A stretch of 64,000 bases of DNA from Thermoplasmata archaeon (GTDB lineage Archaea; Thermoplasmatota; Thermoplasmata; GCA-020350865): positions 4,717,060-4,781,059 of the forward strand of contig CP070751.1 in assembly GCA_020348445.1 (NCBI GenBank), read 5' to 3'. Position numbers and translations under genes: made by a program. Numbering within the stretch: position 1 is the stretch's first letter; every line of letters starts with the position of its first letter. The notes under the pieces were generated by a model. It was not told the DNA's origin. It saw only the letters and a list, made by a program, of their open reading frames with translations, and made no database searches. Positions 48,701-57,724 of this stretch are shown in pieces.

Positions 48701-50888
48701 TCACGGTATAAAACCCGGGCACAGTGAAATTGTGTGTTAATATGGAATCGGTCCCATTGTGATATGTTCCGTCTCCAAATGACCAATTGAACCAAGCGAT
48801 AAAGCCAGAGTTGTCAGTGGAGCCTGAGCCATCCAAAACCACCGCAACGTTTACATCCGATGAATTGTCAGGACCTGCATCTGCCACAGGCGGTATGTCA
48901 GTTGGTACCGCCACGTTATAGACTATTGGTGTATAAAGCAAATGACCCTCCTCGTCCAGGATTTTGACGCGGAAATCCCAGAATCCCTCCTGCAAAGCAG
49001 TGCAGTTGATCACTCCGTTTCCACCTCCGATCCAGCTTAAGTTTACTTGAGGTACTACAGATAAAAATGGATCTGACGTGCCGTTCAACCTGGACTCAAG
49101 AATAAATGAACCGTTGTTGCCATCGTTATCGGCACCTACATCCTCATCAGGAAAGCCTGTATCGTTAAGTATGAAGTCGTACACAGGTTTAATGCTCATG
49201 TCATCTACAGGATCTGATATGAATATTCCAACAGGGCCGGAATAGATCTCGTTAAAGCCAATGGACATGTTGCCGTCCGGGGCTATATCGCTTATGTTCC
49301 AAACCCAAACATGTGTGTCCGAGCCATTGTAGCTGTCACTGTTGGGAACGGTGTCGTTTCTGAAGCCCATGACATCGTTTTTCCAGGGATCTGTCGATTC
49401 GCCCTTGGAGCCTCCAGCAGTAATAAGTTCTTCATTGCCATCTGCTTCCTCTAGGTCAACCCTCAATCGATTGGGATTACGATTTGCAGGGGCAGTTTCA
49501 TTGATATGCCATATTAGAATTCCATCACCTGGCAGGAATGAGTCGAATCCTTCTTTCTGTCTGTTTTCCACCAAAAAATATTCGGTTGTGTCCTGCGAGG
49601 GATCATGAGCCCATATCTTATAGATTACAGTATTATTCCATACAGGTGGAATTTCCAATCTGAAAAGAGAAAGATCAGATGTGACTATTTTGGGCTCAAC
49701 CCATCCCAGTTTTATTTTTGACCATGCACAGAAATGGGCTGGAGAATTTCCTCCTCCATTCCAAGAGCCGCTAGCCATGACACCCCATTTACCTATTCCG
49801 TCAGATTCACCGCCGCTTCCCCCATAATCTGAATCATAAAGGTCAGGTAGGTTTAGTACATGCCCGAATTCATGGGCAAAAACTCCCACCCTTCCGTCTT
49901 CTGGTTCTGTTGAATACGATCCTGCTGTAACACCATCATTTGTTACATAGAATGTACTGCTTTTATGGGACCATATATCAAATTCGTCCCCGCTTTGCTC
50001 CTCTCCTGAGCCTGCATGTATTATAAATAGGGCATCTATCCACCCATCGGAATCCAAATCATAGGGTGAGAAATCAACTGTTGGATCTGATTTGTTCACA
50101 GCCTCTCTTGCCATGTTGGATACAGAGCCATTGGCATTGTCCCTCCCTCCCCCCTCATTGTCACCATAATAAGCCCTCACATAGTCACTTTGAAAGGGGC
50201 CAAAAACATCCACCTCGATATCGAATTGACCGTACGATACCTCCTGATAATAGGTGCGCATCGTATTGCCGGTGGTTCCGTTAAGCAACTGCTCAAAATG
50301 GGCTTTGTCATTTCCCGGATCAAAATCATTATCCTGAAAACTCAGCATGATGGCAACTGCCTTCCATGTGGTGTTTATAGGAGGTGCCCGAGTCCCATGG
50401 GGTTTATCTCTCACTTTTAATCCACTAACATCTGGATGATCATTGGATAAATGTCTTTGTATTCCAGAAATAAATATTGGATCTACCTCACCGACTCTAT
50501 TATTGGTGGGAACCAAAACACCCCTTTCATCTTTTTCTGCGTAGGTCCACCAGCCAGTCTCATCTTCCATAATGGAATATCCATCCATGGTTTCCACGTG
50601 ACCACCAAACTGTTCCCCAACTCTTCTAGCTTCAAATTCAGTGCCATCGGGCTGAATTATAATAAAAGGGGCAGGATCTGGTGGATAGGTCGTGTATCCT
50701 GTATAATATCCCTCATCATCAAGCAAATTTGCATTAATATCTTGGATACTGGGCTCCATTACAGTTGAGAGATTTTCCGAGTTCTCTATATTACTCCCAG
50801 CTATTCCTAACAAACCAGCAATTAAAAGGCAAATAAGTGATAGGAATATCATAGAACTTGGATGATGTTGTTTAGCTTCCTTCTTCAC
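42726..50888 (-). CDS. Membrane-anchored M6 family (immune inhibitor A-like) zinc metalloprotease: prodomain, catalytic domain, PKD, 19 Ig-like stalk repeats, TSP3-like repeats, TM helix, tail
   Basis: QPDGTEF...GDE-like prodomain, YYQEVSYGQ, IIHAGSGEE, GVFAHEFGHVLNLPDLYD (HExxH at 49860-49874), WGVMASGSW, WSKIKLGW and EYFLVENRQ. Confidence 0.93.
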   Translation of the reverse strand: MKKEAKQHHPSSMIFLSLICLLIAGLLGIAGSNIENSENLSTVMEPSIQDINANLLDDEGYYTGYTTYPPDPAPFIIIQPDGTEFEARRVGEQFGGHVETMDGYSIMEDETGWWTYAEKDERGVLVPTNNRVGEVDPIFISGIQRHLSNDHPDVSGLKVRDKPHGTRAPPINTTWKAVAIMLSFQDNDFDPGNDKAHFEQLLNGTTGNTMRTYYQEVSYGQFDIEVDVFGPFQSDYVRAYYGDNEGGGRDNANGSVSNMAREAVNKSDPTVDFSPYDLDSDGWIDALFIIHAGSGEEQSGDEFDIWSHKSSTFYVTNDGVTAGSYSTEPEDGRVGVFAHEFGHVLNLPDLYDSDYGGSGGESDGIGKWGVMASGSWNGGGNSPAHFCAWSKIKLGWVEPKIVTSDLSLFRLEIPPVWNNTVIYKIWAHDPSQDTTEYFLVENRQKEGFDSFLPGDGILIWHINETAPANRNPNRLRVDLEEADGNEELITAGGSKGESTDPWKNDVMGFRNDTVPNSDSYNGSDTHVWVWNISDIAPDGNMSIGFNEIYSGPVGIFISDPVDDMSIKPVYDFILNDTGFPDEDVGADNDGNNGSFILESRLNGTSDPFLSVVPQVNLSWIGGGNGVINCTALQEGFWDFRVKILDEEGHLLYTPIVYNVAVPTDIPPVADAGPDNSSDVNVAVVLDGSGSTDNSGFIAWFNWSFGDGTYHNGTDSILTHNFTVPGFYTVILNVSDSFGNWDTDEVNITVADIGPPVTTLTIGDPKYKENIGDNWNVTANLTITLFTLSAVDNYEGVNFTWYTIDGEYFEGMAFDLVGYDEGLHNITWGSEDMVGNNETGNNIFVCLDNSPPVTPIAIGTPKYRVHDSHPWNVTDETLFTLSPYDKYSGMSTTWYFADSGPHYDLIFNLSGILDGEVNLLWYSEDNVGNFQTWGIKVNLDSTPPITDISFGTPKFRQQPTDSWNISTTTLLTLVDNGDGDGSGINFTWYTIDGVYYEYSAPFTLTPGVHTLTWGGMDNLGQNATGNIQTVNVDVVPPQTNIVIGQPNFRATVGDILNVSYMTTFTLQSTDQYSGTNYSWYIIDSYYYEGFEFNLSGYAEGLYTIMYGSIDNVGNNETANSIQVYLDITPPITTYTIGDPKYRLVTFNPWNITSSTQISLSSSDSRTGVNKTWYVIDSDYYEGTTFDLSGYIEGKYNISYGSVDNVGNNETGKFFIVWLDDSPPSTNLFIGSPKYPEIPFEYVNVTHETQFTLSGADYPGFHNSGMNFTWYSIDGDLYIGTTFNLSTYGEGSHTVLWGSIDNLGNNETGNSFFVWVDGSPPETGLSVGLPRYPSFPYEGINVTSDTQITLTASDKPDVHNSGINFTWYTINGDYYTGSAFDMSFYGEGQHTITWGSMDNLGHNETANSITIWVDDSPPQTQLTIGLPRYPLTPNDGSNVTSTTQFMLTRADEPITHSTGISSTWYVIDGDYYTGSIFDLSIYGEGGHTILWGSEDNLGNNETGNSIKVWVDDSPPQTDLDMGTPRYPLTPYESCNITSSTQFTLSGNDKPVGHNSDINFTWYKIDGDYYAGSLFDLAGYGAGAHTISWGSTDYIGHNETGNTIVVWLDDLPPETDLSIETPRYPLSPYDGCNVTSETLFSLSAADKPDIHNAGIDFTWYTIDGDYFTGSAFDLSAYGEGMHTITWGSKDNLGHNESGNTIVVWVDDSRPVTNLYIGTPRYPLSPYEGCNVTSSTQFTLSGSDKPDIHNSGIDYTWYLIDGEYHLGFTFDLTGYSEGSHTIAWGSMDNLGSNETSNSITVWVDDSPPVTDLTIETPRHPLSPYDGCNVTSSTQFTLSRADEPTLHNAGIDLTWYTIDGEFYTGTSFTLSGLVEGSHTITWGSYDRIENNETDNFITIWLDDSPPSSLLSISDPKYRKDDEDNWNVTILSIFTIYSSDLYSGVDFTWYTIDGNYFEGNFFNLSGYSEGLHTITWGSQDNLGWNETNPPEIVNLNFTSLVTILDIGVPKYRESTTDLWNVTSQTDFKLTVLIISNDADFTWYTIDGEYHEYDGNPFTLSGLDEGLHTLTWGSRDTLGYNESYNFMDVILDDSPPNTPYDISEPKHRDNLDDYWNVTHATIFTLIPSDKYSGVNYTWFFIDSNYYVGTSFNLSGLGQGLHTIIWGSVDNLGNSEPGNTLNVILDAGFPSTSLSFDQPKFRAAGIDTWNVSSDTEFSLSSSDSKSGVYTSWYTIDGEYFEGSTFYLSDLNDGVHTITYGSIDNLGNNETAKSKIVILDNTRPVTDIDFTSPKYRDSQYDYWNVTDASMFSMTSTDQRSGVADTWYTIDGVYHEGSNFYLTGILDGFHTIKYGSYDNLGNNETEKTQLIYLDTKHPDTDMDIGSPKSPMADNDNWYITSQTTFTLTPFDMYSGVAHTWYTLDGKYFVGTIFNLDGKSDGFHTITWGSMDNLENNETGNTQRVYIDNTPPKISIKVGQPNGTINDELHIATSTPITLDSFDSGADGTTILYSIDGGTSYTIYESPFKVPNSTTSIIYYGIDALDNEADKSTLQVIVDIIDTDGDGVEDIRDTDDDNDGLLDIDEDKNQNGIVDEDETDPLNPDTDGDGVGDAEDKYPTDKDRWREPTDWEKLPFIGQFEQSFCINFLIIGIILLIILILMYKGYKRWRASASWKKEPEPAQQQIVVQEQPEPPVNSVGEETTYQNVTWEDTSSPGNRINQKERPKSPNK
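43250..48635 (-). repeat. Stalk of 19 Ig-like repeats in the M6 protease, central copies with a 291-bp period
   Basis: Equivalent nucleotide motif at 45327, 45618 and 45909. A unit counted by hand is 97 aa. Confidence 0.85.
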
Positions 50889-51094
50889 TGTTTCACACTG
50901 CCGATTCCCAGGGGATTTCGGTAAATTCAGTTAACCTTAATATTTCATTGACGCCCACTCGAAATACCCCCCAGTCCATAAATCAATTTTAGTTATAGTA
51001 AGAATAATATATATACTCTTTCATTTTACCCCGCAAAGTGACACTTGAGTCCGTATTTACTAATTATCTGTGGGGATCCCCACTCGGCCATACG

Positions 51095-52693
51095 TCATTT
51101 TTTACCTTCCAAAATCGCCTTTAAAAGACCAACATAGAGTGGAGCCGGCCTTGCAGGTCTGGACTTCAGCTCTGGATGAAACTGGGATGCTACAAAGTAT
51201 GGGTGGTCAGAAAGTTCGGCAATTTCCATTCTGATCTTGTCTGGGGACCTGCCAGTGAATTTCAATCCACTGTCCTCGATCTGCTTTATATAATCTGGAT
51301 TTATTTCGTATCTATGGCGGTGCCTTTCAGATATGGTTGTGGATTCATAAAGCATTTGAGCTTTGGATCCTTCTTGAACTATCACGTCCTGGGCTCCCAG
51401 CCGCATTGTACCTCCCAGATTCTTGACACCCTTTTGCTCAGGCAGAATATCCACCACAGGATGCGGTGTGTTTTTGTTGAACTCTGTGCTGTTGGCACCT
51501 TCTAATCCAAGGACATTTCTGCAAAACTCCACTACAGCCAGCTGAAAACCAAGGCAGATGCCTAAAAATGGGATTTTATTCTCCCTTGCATATCTTGCAG
51601 CCTCGATCTTTCCCAGGGCACCCCGTTTTCCAAATCCTCCCGGAACTACCACACCATCGACACCTTCAAGCTGGATAGCTGTGCCCCCTGGTTTTTCATC
51701 CTCGGCCTCCACCCATCTGATATTTACCTTGGATTTGGTAAAGGCCCCGCAATGATGCAGTGCCTCGAAGTGACTGATATATGAATCTTTAAGATGCGTG
51801 TACTTCCCAACTATTGCGACACTCACCTCACTTTCCGGATTTTCGAGTCTGTCGAGGAAGGCCCTCCATTCTTTTAGATCTTCAGAGGAGGAGGGTACAC
51901 CCAATCTCTCCAAGAGAAAATCGGTGAGGCCCTGTTCCTCGAGAATCAAAGGAACCCTGTAAATGCTCTGGGCATCGGGAGCGCTGATCACAGCAGTTGT
52001 GGGAACATCGCAGAAAAGCGATATCTTCTCCTTAATTGACTTGCTGAGAGGGGACTTTGCCCTGCATACGATGGCATCGGGTCGAATTCCTATTGCCCTC
52101 AGCTCCTTGACTGAGTGTTGTGTAGGTTTTGTCTTTTGCTCCCCCACAACGCTCATAACAGGTACCAATGTGATATGTACGAACATACAGTTCTGATGCC
52201 CAATCTCTATGTGAAGCTGGCGGACCGCCTCTAAAAAGGGCATGGACTCGATATCCCCTACAGTGCCTCCCAGCTCAACAAGTGTTACATCCACACCAGA
52301 TTTTTCAGCGGCCTCTTTGATCATATTTCTTATCTCATCTGTTATGTGCGGGATAATCTGAACTGTCTGGCCGAGGTAGTCTCCTCTTCTTTCCTTCTCA
52401 ATTACTGCCCTGTAGGCCTTGCCGGTTGTGATGTTGTGATCCTTTGTCAGACTCGTATCCAGAAAACGCTCGTAGTTGCCGAGGTCCAAATCCACCTCGC
52501 TTCCGTCATCCAGAACAAAAACCTCGCCGTGCTGATAGGGATTCATGGTGCCAGCATCACAGTTGAGATAGGGATCGATTTTTATGGCAGTTACAGAAAG
52601 CCCCCTGCTCTCCAGGAGTTTACCCATTGAGGATACTGTGATTCCCTTTCCTAGTCCAGATAAAACACCGCCCGTGACGATAATATATTTCAT
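51095..52693 (-). CDS. pyrG: CTP synthase
   Basis: [57 protein letters not shown] and QFHPE. Confidence 0.98.
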   Translation of the reverse strand: MKYIIVTGGVLSGLGKGITVSSMGKLLESRGLSVTAIKIDPYLNCDAGTMNPYQHGEVFVLDDGSEVDLDLGNYERFLDTSLTKDHNITTGKAYRAVIEKERRGDYLGQTVQIIPHITDEIRNMIKEAAEKSGVDVTLVELGGTVGDIESMPFLEAVRQLHIEIGHQNCMFVHITLVPVMSVVGEQKTKPTQHSVKELRAIGIRPDAIVCRAKSPLSKSIKEKISLFCDVPTTAVISAPDAQSIYRVPLILEEQGLTDFLLERLGVPSSSEDLKEWRAFLDRLENPESEVSVAIVGKYTHLKDSYISHFEALHHCGAFTKSKVNIRWVEAEDEKPGGTAIQLEGVDGVVVPGGFGKRGALGKIEAARYARENKIPFLGICLGFQLAVVEFCRNVLGLEGANSTEFNKNTPHPVVDILPEQKGVKNLGGTMRLGAQDVIVQEGSKAQMLYESTTISERHRHRYEINPDYIKQIEDSGLKFTGRSPDKIRMEIAELSDHPYFVASQFHPELKSRPARPAPLYVGLLKAILEGKK

Positions 52694-52908
52694 TAATTTT
52701 ACCTCACGGGAATGGGCAATTGCGTTGGATGTCTATAAAGCTAACGTGGTACTATGTGGCAGGAACGTTGCTTTAATCCCGTTTTTCTTTTTGATTCAAA
52801 TCTTTATGTGTGACGTCGCTTTTAACGATTTTTTGGGTGGGAGATCTATTCATTGTTCTTACAATATAATCATTCATGTATCATATCTTGATAAGGGTAA
52901 AGTTCATA

Positions 52909-53095
52909 GGGTGGGAGGAGGGGGTAATGGATGGGGGGTATTTGATGGGGGGCATTGGATAGGAGGCATAGAATTGGGTGTATTAGAGGTGGTATTAGAT
53001 AGGGGGCATTGAATGGGGGGACATGGGATGGGGGATTGTTTGAAAAATTTATGAGGTTTAAGGGTGAAAGGAGAGGGATTTATAAGGTGGGGAGG
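52909..53095 (+). repeat. G-tract-rich low-complexity intergenic segment
   Basis: About 13 runs of 3-6 G with almost no C, and quasi-repeats such as atggggggcattg. Confidence 0.7.
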
Positions 53096-53157
53096 ATGTC
53101 TTCGTAATCAGCCTACATCTTTTTTTATCATTAATGCAATAGGGTATTGATGATAAC

Positions 53158-54348
53158 ATGGAGGTAGGTGTAGTTGGAAAGCCGAATGTGGGCAAGTCCA
53201 CGTTCTTTTCGGCGGCAACGTTGGCAAAGGCGGAGATCGCAAGCTATCCCTTCACCACAATCGAGGCAAATCGGGGTGTTATGTACGTTCGGGCAAAATG
53301 CCCTCATGTGGATTTCGAGACCCAGTGCAATCCCAGAAATTCCCACTGCGAAAACGGAACGCGCCTTGTGCCTGTGGAGGCCATAGATGTGGCAGGTCTG
53401 GTTCCCGACGCACACAAGGGAAAGGGCCTGGGAAACAAGTTCCTGGACGATTTGAGGCAGGCTGCGGCCCTTGTTCACATAGTGGATGCCAGCGGGTCAA
53501 CAGATTCCGAGGGGAATCCCTGCGAGGTGGGGAGCCACGACCCCATGGAGGATGTTGAATTTCTGGAAAGGGAGATAAACCAATGGATAAAAGGGATACT
53601 CTTCAAGGACTGGCACAAGCTCTCAAAACAGGTGGAGATGAGCGGAACTAAATTGGAGCGCATTTTTGCAGAGAAGCTCACAGGTCTGGGGATAACAGAG
53701 GGAATGATATATGCAGGTCTTCGGGACGCAGATTTAGGAGATAAACCCACTCAATGGAGCGAGGAGGACCTTCTTCTTCTATCCCATCGGATAAGGGCAC
53801 ACGGCAAACCAATGATCATTGCAGCCAATAAATGCGAAATCGCCCCCGAGGATAACCTAAAAAAGCTGAAGGAACTTGAGGATTACATTGTCATTCCCAC
53901 CTGTGCCGAGGTAGAACTTGCACTACGAAGGGCCTCAAAGGGAGATATGATAGATTATGTGCCTGGTTCCGATTCCTTCAAGATTCAAGAGGAAAAGGAC
54001 ATTTCGGAGGCCCATAAGAAGGCCCTGGAAAAGATCCAACATATTCTCGATAAAATCGGAAATACAGGGGTCCAAAAATGCGTTGAGGAGGCTGTTTTCA
54101 AACTTCTTGACCTTATAGTTGTCTATCCTGTGGAAGATGAAACGCATCTGACAGACAAGGATGGCAGAGTACTTCCCGATGCTTATCTTATGAAACGAGG
54201 GGCAACTGCTGTGGATCTGGCGTTCAAGGTTCATACAGATTTGGGTAATAACTTCATAAGGGCAATAGACGCAAGGACAAAGCGTGTGGTAGGGCACGAC
54301 CATGAGCTTAAAGATGGCGATGTAATCAAGATAGTGGCCAACGCTTGA
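53158..54348 (+). CDS. ychF: YchF/Ola1 family Obg-like ATPase with TGS domain
   Basis: [40 protein letters not shown] and C-terminal [12 protein letters not shown]. Confidence 0.95.
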   Translation: MEVGVVGKPNVGKSTFFSAATLAKAEIASYPFTTIEANRGVMYVRAKCPHVDFETQCNPRNSHCENGTRLVPVEAIDVAGLVPDAHKGKGLGNKFLDDLRQAAALVHIVDASGSTDSEGNPCEVGSHDPMEDVEFLEREINQWIKGILFKDWHKLSKQVEMSGTKLERIFAEKLTGLGITEGMIYAGLRDADLGDKPTQWSEEDLLLLSHRIRAHGKPMIIAANKCEIAPEDNLKKLKELEDYIVIPTCAEVELALRRASKGDMIDYVPGSDSFKIQEEKDISEAHKKALEKIQHILDKIGNTGVQKCVEEAVFKLLDLIVVYPVEDETHLTDKDGRVLPDAYLMKRGATAVDLAFKVHTDLGNNFIRAIDARTKRVVGHDHELKDGDVIKIVANA

Positions 54349-54357
54349 GGTTTTGTG

Positions 54358-56754
54358 ATGGAATCCTGGGATGTGAGAATACTTACAGGCTCTTATTCAG
54401 TTGAGGATAACGCCCCAACAATAGAGCTCTTTGGAAAAACAAGGGATAATAAATCCATTACAGTCAGGTACAAGGGATTTTTACCTTACTTTCATGTGCT
54501 TGCCGATAAGAATGATGTAGCTGAAATGCTAGGTGATGATCCCGATGTTCTGAAATTGGAGGATATTACCCTGTTTTACCAGGGAAAGAACAAGGGGGCT
54601 ACAAAAGTAACAGTGAGAATTCCAGCTACTGTACCAAAGTACAGGACAAAGCTCCTGACCGAGTACATTGTTTTGGCAGCGGACATTCCTTTCCAGCATC
54701 GTTTCATGTACGATATGGATCTGGGCTCCTGCACAAGGGTATCAGGCTCAGTTGTTGACAAGGGAAATTACACCTCGGATTTGGTGGTCGAGGCCAAGAA
54801 GTTTGAGGATTGCGAGCCCTTCAAGCCTGATCTGAAAATCCTCAGTTTCGACATTGAAAACAGTTTGAAGGATGGGAGGATATTCACAATCTGCTGTTAC
54901 ATAAAATTCAATGAAGAAATTGCAGAGAAAATGTTGAGAGGGGACGAGAAGTCCATAATCGAGAATTGGGTCGAGGTCATAAAAAAACACGACCCAGACA
55001 TAATTACAGGTTACAACATCGACGGATATGACATTCCGTCAATTATAGACAGGGCATCGAAACTGGGATTGGGAGAGCCCACTTTGGGGAGGAATCTCAG
55101 GCCACCTAAACAGATCTCAGGAAGGTTCTGGAGACTGGACGGCCGAATTATCGCAGATGCATGGTGGAATGCAAAAAAGGAGCTCAAGCCCAAGAAAGAG
55201 ACCCTATCTCACATATCGGAGATACTATTAGGAGAAAAGAAACTGGATGTGGACCCCAAGAGAATAGACGAAGAATGGGAACAAAATCCTGACAAGGTGG
55301 TTGAGTACTGTCTTCAGGATGCGAAACTGGCATTACAGATCCTAGAGAAAATCAGGATTCTGGGAAAGGCGATGGATCTTGCAACTGTATCGAAATTACC
55401 TCTGGATGATGCCATAAACGGCCGTACTTCCATATTCATTGATTCCATTCTAATTCGCGTGGCCGATAGAGCGAGTGTTGGGGTTCCGCTTTCTGGTGGC
55501 AAAGGCGGAGGGGAAAAGATAGAAGGAGGATACGTTCACTCCATCGATCCCGGCCTGTATAATATGGTCTGTGTGCTTGACTTCAAATCCATGTATCCAA
55601 GTCTCATCATTGCAAACAACATATGCTTTACAACACTTGATAAAAAAGGTACCATAGTGAGTCCTGTGGATGTCCATTTCCTGGGTAAAGAAGAACGTTA
55701 TGGGCTTGTGCCCAAGGTCTTGATAAGGCTAATGGAGGACAGGGACAATTTCAAAGCCAAGATGAAGGAAGCAAAGGATAAAGGTGATCAGGATACATTC
55801 TTGTACTACAATGGGCTCCAGGATGCTGTAAAGATCCTCATGAACTCGATTTATGGAGTCTTTGCATCCTCATTTTACAGGTTCACGAACAGGGATATTG
55901 GAAGCAGCATCACGGCATTTGCCAGGCAGAGCGTAAAGGAGCTGATTTCGAAGTTGGAGGAAGAGAACCTCAAGGTCATTTATTCAGATACCGACAGTGT
56001 GTTCTTTGAGTCTCCAAAAAAGAGCCTGGAGGAAACCATAGAGTTTGGCCAGGAGATAGCAAACCGGTTCAGTGCCCAGGGTGAGATATTGGAATTTGAA
56101 GGGATACTGGATCCACTGTTCTCCCACGGAAAGAAGAAGAGGTATGTGGGGAGGATCATATGGCCTGAGGAGGGTGTGATCGTGAGGGGGTACGAGGTCA
56201 GGAGAACAGATGCCTTTGACCTACAGAGTGAGGCACTAACCGCGGTTTTCGAGGATATCCTCAAAAGGGACCCCGATGGAGCTGTTGCCACTGCCAAGAA
56301 GTTAGTATCCGACATTCTCAATGGCGAGGCCCCCAAGGAGAAACTCGTGATTTCAAGGACCGTGAAATCAGAGCGAAACTATGTGAATCCTGATAAGATG
56401 GTGAATGTAATTGTGGCAAGGAAGTTGAAGGAGATGGGCTATGATTTTGTGCCTGGTATGAAGGTCTCATGGATAGTGACAGACAGCAAGAAGACTCCCC
56501 AGGAGATCGAGCCCTATCTGGACGGTAGGGAATTTACAGCTGAACCTGACTGGGATTACTATGCCAAGAGGGTGGCCATGACAATTGCCCGGGTGACTGA
56601 AGTATTTGGTTGGGATGAAAAAAGCTTGCTTGGGGGAGCCAGACAAAAGACTCTGTTCTCTGATGACTTTCAAGGGAAATCTTCGAAAACTAAGGAGGAA
56701 AAATCAAAGCCCAAAAAGACGGACAAGAAACTCACGCTGGAGGACTTTTTATAA
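54358..56754 (+). CDS. polB: Family B DNA polymerase with 3'-5' exonuclease, no intein
   Basis: FDIE, YNIDGYD, YCLQD, DFKSMYPS, KILMNSIYG, YSDTDS and KKKRY. GAGGT Shine-Dalgarno favours the ATG at 54358. Confidence 0.96.
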   Translation: MESWDVRILTGSYSVEDNAPTIELFGKTRDNKSITVRYKGFLPYFHVLADKNDVAEMLGDDPDVLKLEDITLFYQGKNKGATKVTVRIPATVPKYRTKLLTEYIVLAADIPFQHRFMYDMDLGSCTRVSGSVVDKGNYTSDLVVEAKKFEDCEPFKPDLKILSFDIENSLKDGRIFTICCYIKFNEEIAEKMLRGDEKSIIENWVEVIKKHDPDIITGYNIDGYDIPSIIDRASKLGLGEPTLGRNLRPPKQISGRFWRLDGRIIADAWWNAKKELKPKKETLSHISEILLGEKKLDVDPKRIDEEWEQNPDKVVEYCLQDAKLALQILEKIRILGKAMDLATVSKLPLDDAINGRTSIFIDSILIRVADRASVGVPLSGGKGGGEKIEGGYVHSIDPGLYNMVCVLDFKSMYPSLIIANNICFTTLDKKGTIVSPVDVHFLGKEERYGLVPKVLIRLMEDRDNFKAKMKEAKDKGDQDTFLYYNGLQDAVKILMNSIYGVFASSFYRFTNRDIGSSITAFARQSVKELISKLEEENLKVIYSDTDSVFFESPKKSLEETIEFGQEIANRFSAQGEILEFEGILDPLFSHGKKKRYVGRIIWPEEGVIVRGYEVRRTDAFDLQSEALTAVFEDILKRDPDGAVATAKKLVSDILNGEAPKEKLVISRTVKSERNYVNPDKMVNVIVARKLKEMGYDFVPGMKVSWIVTDSKKTPQEIEPYLDGREFTAEPDWDYYAKRVAMTIARVTEVFGWDEKSLLGGARQKTLFSDDFQGKSSKTKEEKSKPKKTDKKLTLEDFL

Positions 56755-57080
56755 GAATAATATTTAGGAACCTATAATATTTAGATGGAAATCTAGTAGG
56801 GCATTTTCTAATATTTTCACGATTTTTACTCAGGATCACAGAAACCTTATATATACATATATCCTTATTTGAAGAAGGAAGGGAGTTGCGGGAAGGTTCA
56901 ACTCTTCGTATGCGAGGGCGCCATATTAAAAGGTCTAAATGGGAAATGAGGGTAATGACCATGAGTCAGGTTAGATTAGCTGTTATCGCATGTTATGGTG
57001 ATATAAGTAGAATGGGTTACGCCGAGGTGGGGCGCGGGTCAAATACCAATAAACTCTGGAATGGGAGGAGGTGATTAAGA

Positions 57081-57584
57081 ATGAGAAAAGTGAGAACATT
57101 CGGAACAATACTTGGAACACTGTTAATCGTAACGATTCTTTTAAGCGACTCAGCAGTCGCAGATTGGACTTGGGTAGGAGATATAACTTATTCTATAGAT
57201 TGTGAGAATCCCGAAAATGCACTTGGTGAATGGGATGGGAATTTTGCCACTGTAGGGACAAATAGCCCCGAACCCGGACCCGGAGACCTAATGCTCGATT
57301 TTGGGTGGGGCGGAATATCAGACTTCACATATGTTTGGGTGATCGGGACAAATCTTTGGGGTATGGAAGAGAACTATACAATAAATATCTTCGCAAGTGA
57401 TGGAGAGACATATTGTGGACCTTGGAACGGAAATAATGATACATACAACCATAGCTTTTTAACGGATGATTCTGGCGATGATGTTTGGCAATATGTTCAA
57501 ATTCTAGGTACGACTGGTCAGACTGATGGTACAGATACAATCTACGGACCAGAGATTGATGCAGTAGGCTATGAGATTCCATAG
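57081..57584 (+). CDS. Small secreted acidic protein, probably a single beta-sandwich
   Basis: GGAGGTGA Shine-Dalgarno, signal peptide ending AVA-D, NALGEWDG and C-terminal GPEIDAV. No TM anchor. Confidence 0.75.
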   Translation: MRKVRTFGTILGTLLIVTILLSDSAVADWTWVGDITYSIDCENPENALGEWDGNFATVGTNSPEPGPGDLMLDFGWGGISDFTYVWVIGTNLWGMEENYTINIFASDGETYCGPWNGNNDTYNHSFLTDDSGDDVWQYVQILGTTGQTDGTDTIYGPEIDAVGYEIP

Positions 57585-57618
57585 AGACAAGGTAAATATC
57601 CTATAGAACCAAGCTTGT

Positions 57619-57665
57619 AGATGCTGGGAGTTAAACAAGCTCCTTGGCATCTTCTTATTTTTTTT
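57619..57665 (+). terminator. Hairpin plus U-tract terminator
   Basis: agatgc...ggag...ctcc...gcatct followed by tcttatttttttt. Confidence 0.65.
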
Positions 57666-57724
57666 AAGCTCAGAACCTTTATAAACTTTCAAAACTATGA
57701 GAAATATGTATATAAATAAATAAT

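Noticed and set aside
36609-50768. Short ORFs antisense to the two protease genes
   Set aside because: Shadows of repetitive Asp/Thr-rich coding sequence.
52584-53012. 142-aa plus-strand ORF across the pyrG start and the G-rich tract
   Set aside because: Overlaps pyrG antisense, and its Gly/Trp-rich end merely reflects the G-runs.
52760-53100. Replication origin (AT-rich zone plus G-strings near polB)
   Set aside because: No ORB consensus (TCCAGTGGAAAC-like) and no cdc6/orc1 gene in the window.
54358-56754. Intein or inactivated polymerase
   Set aside because: Normal length with contiguous, intact Pol and Exo motifs.
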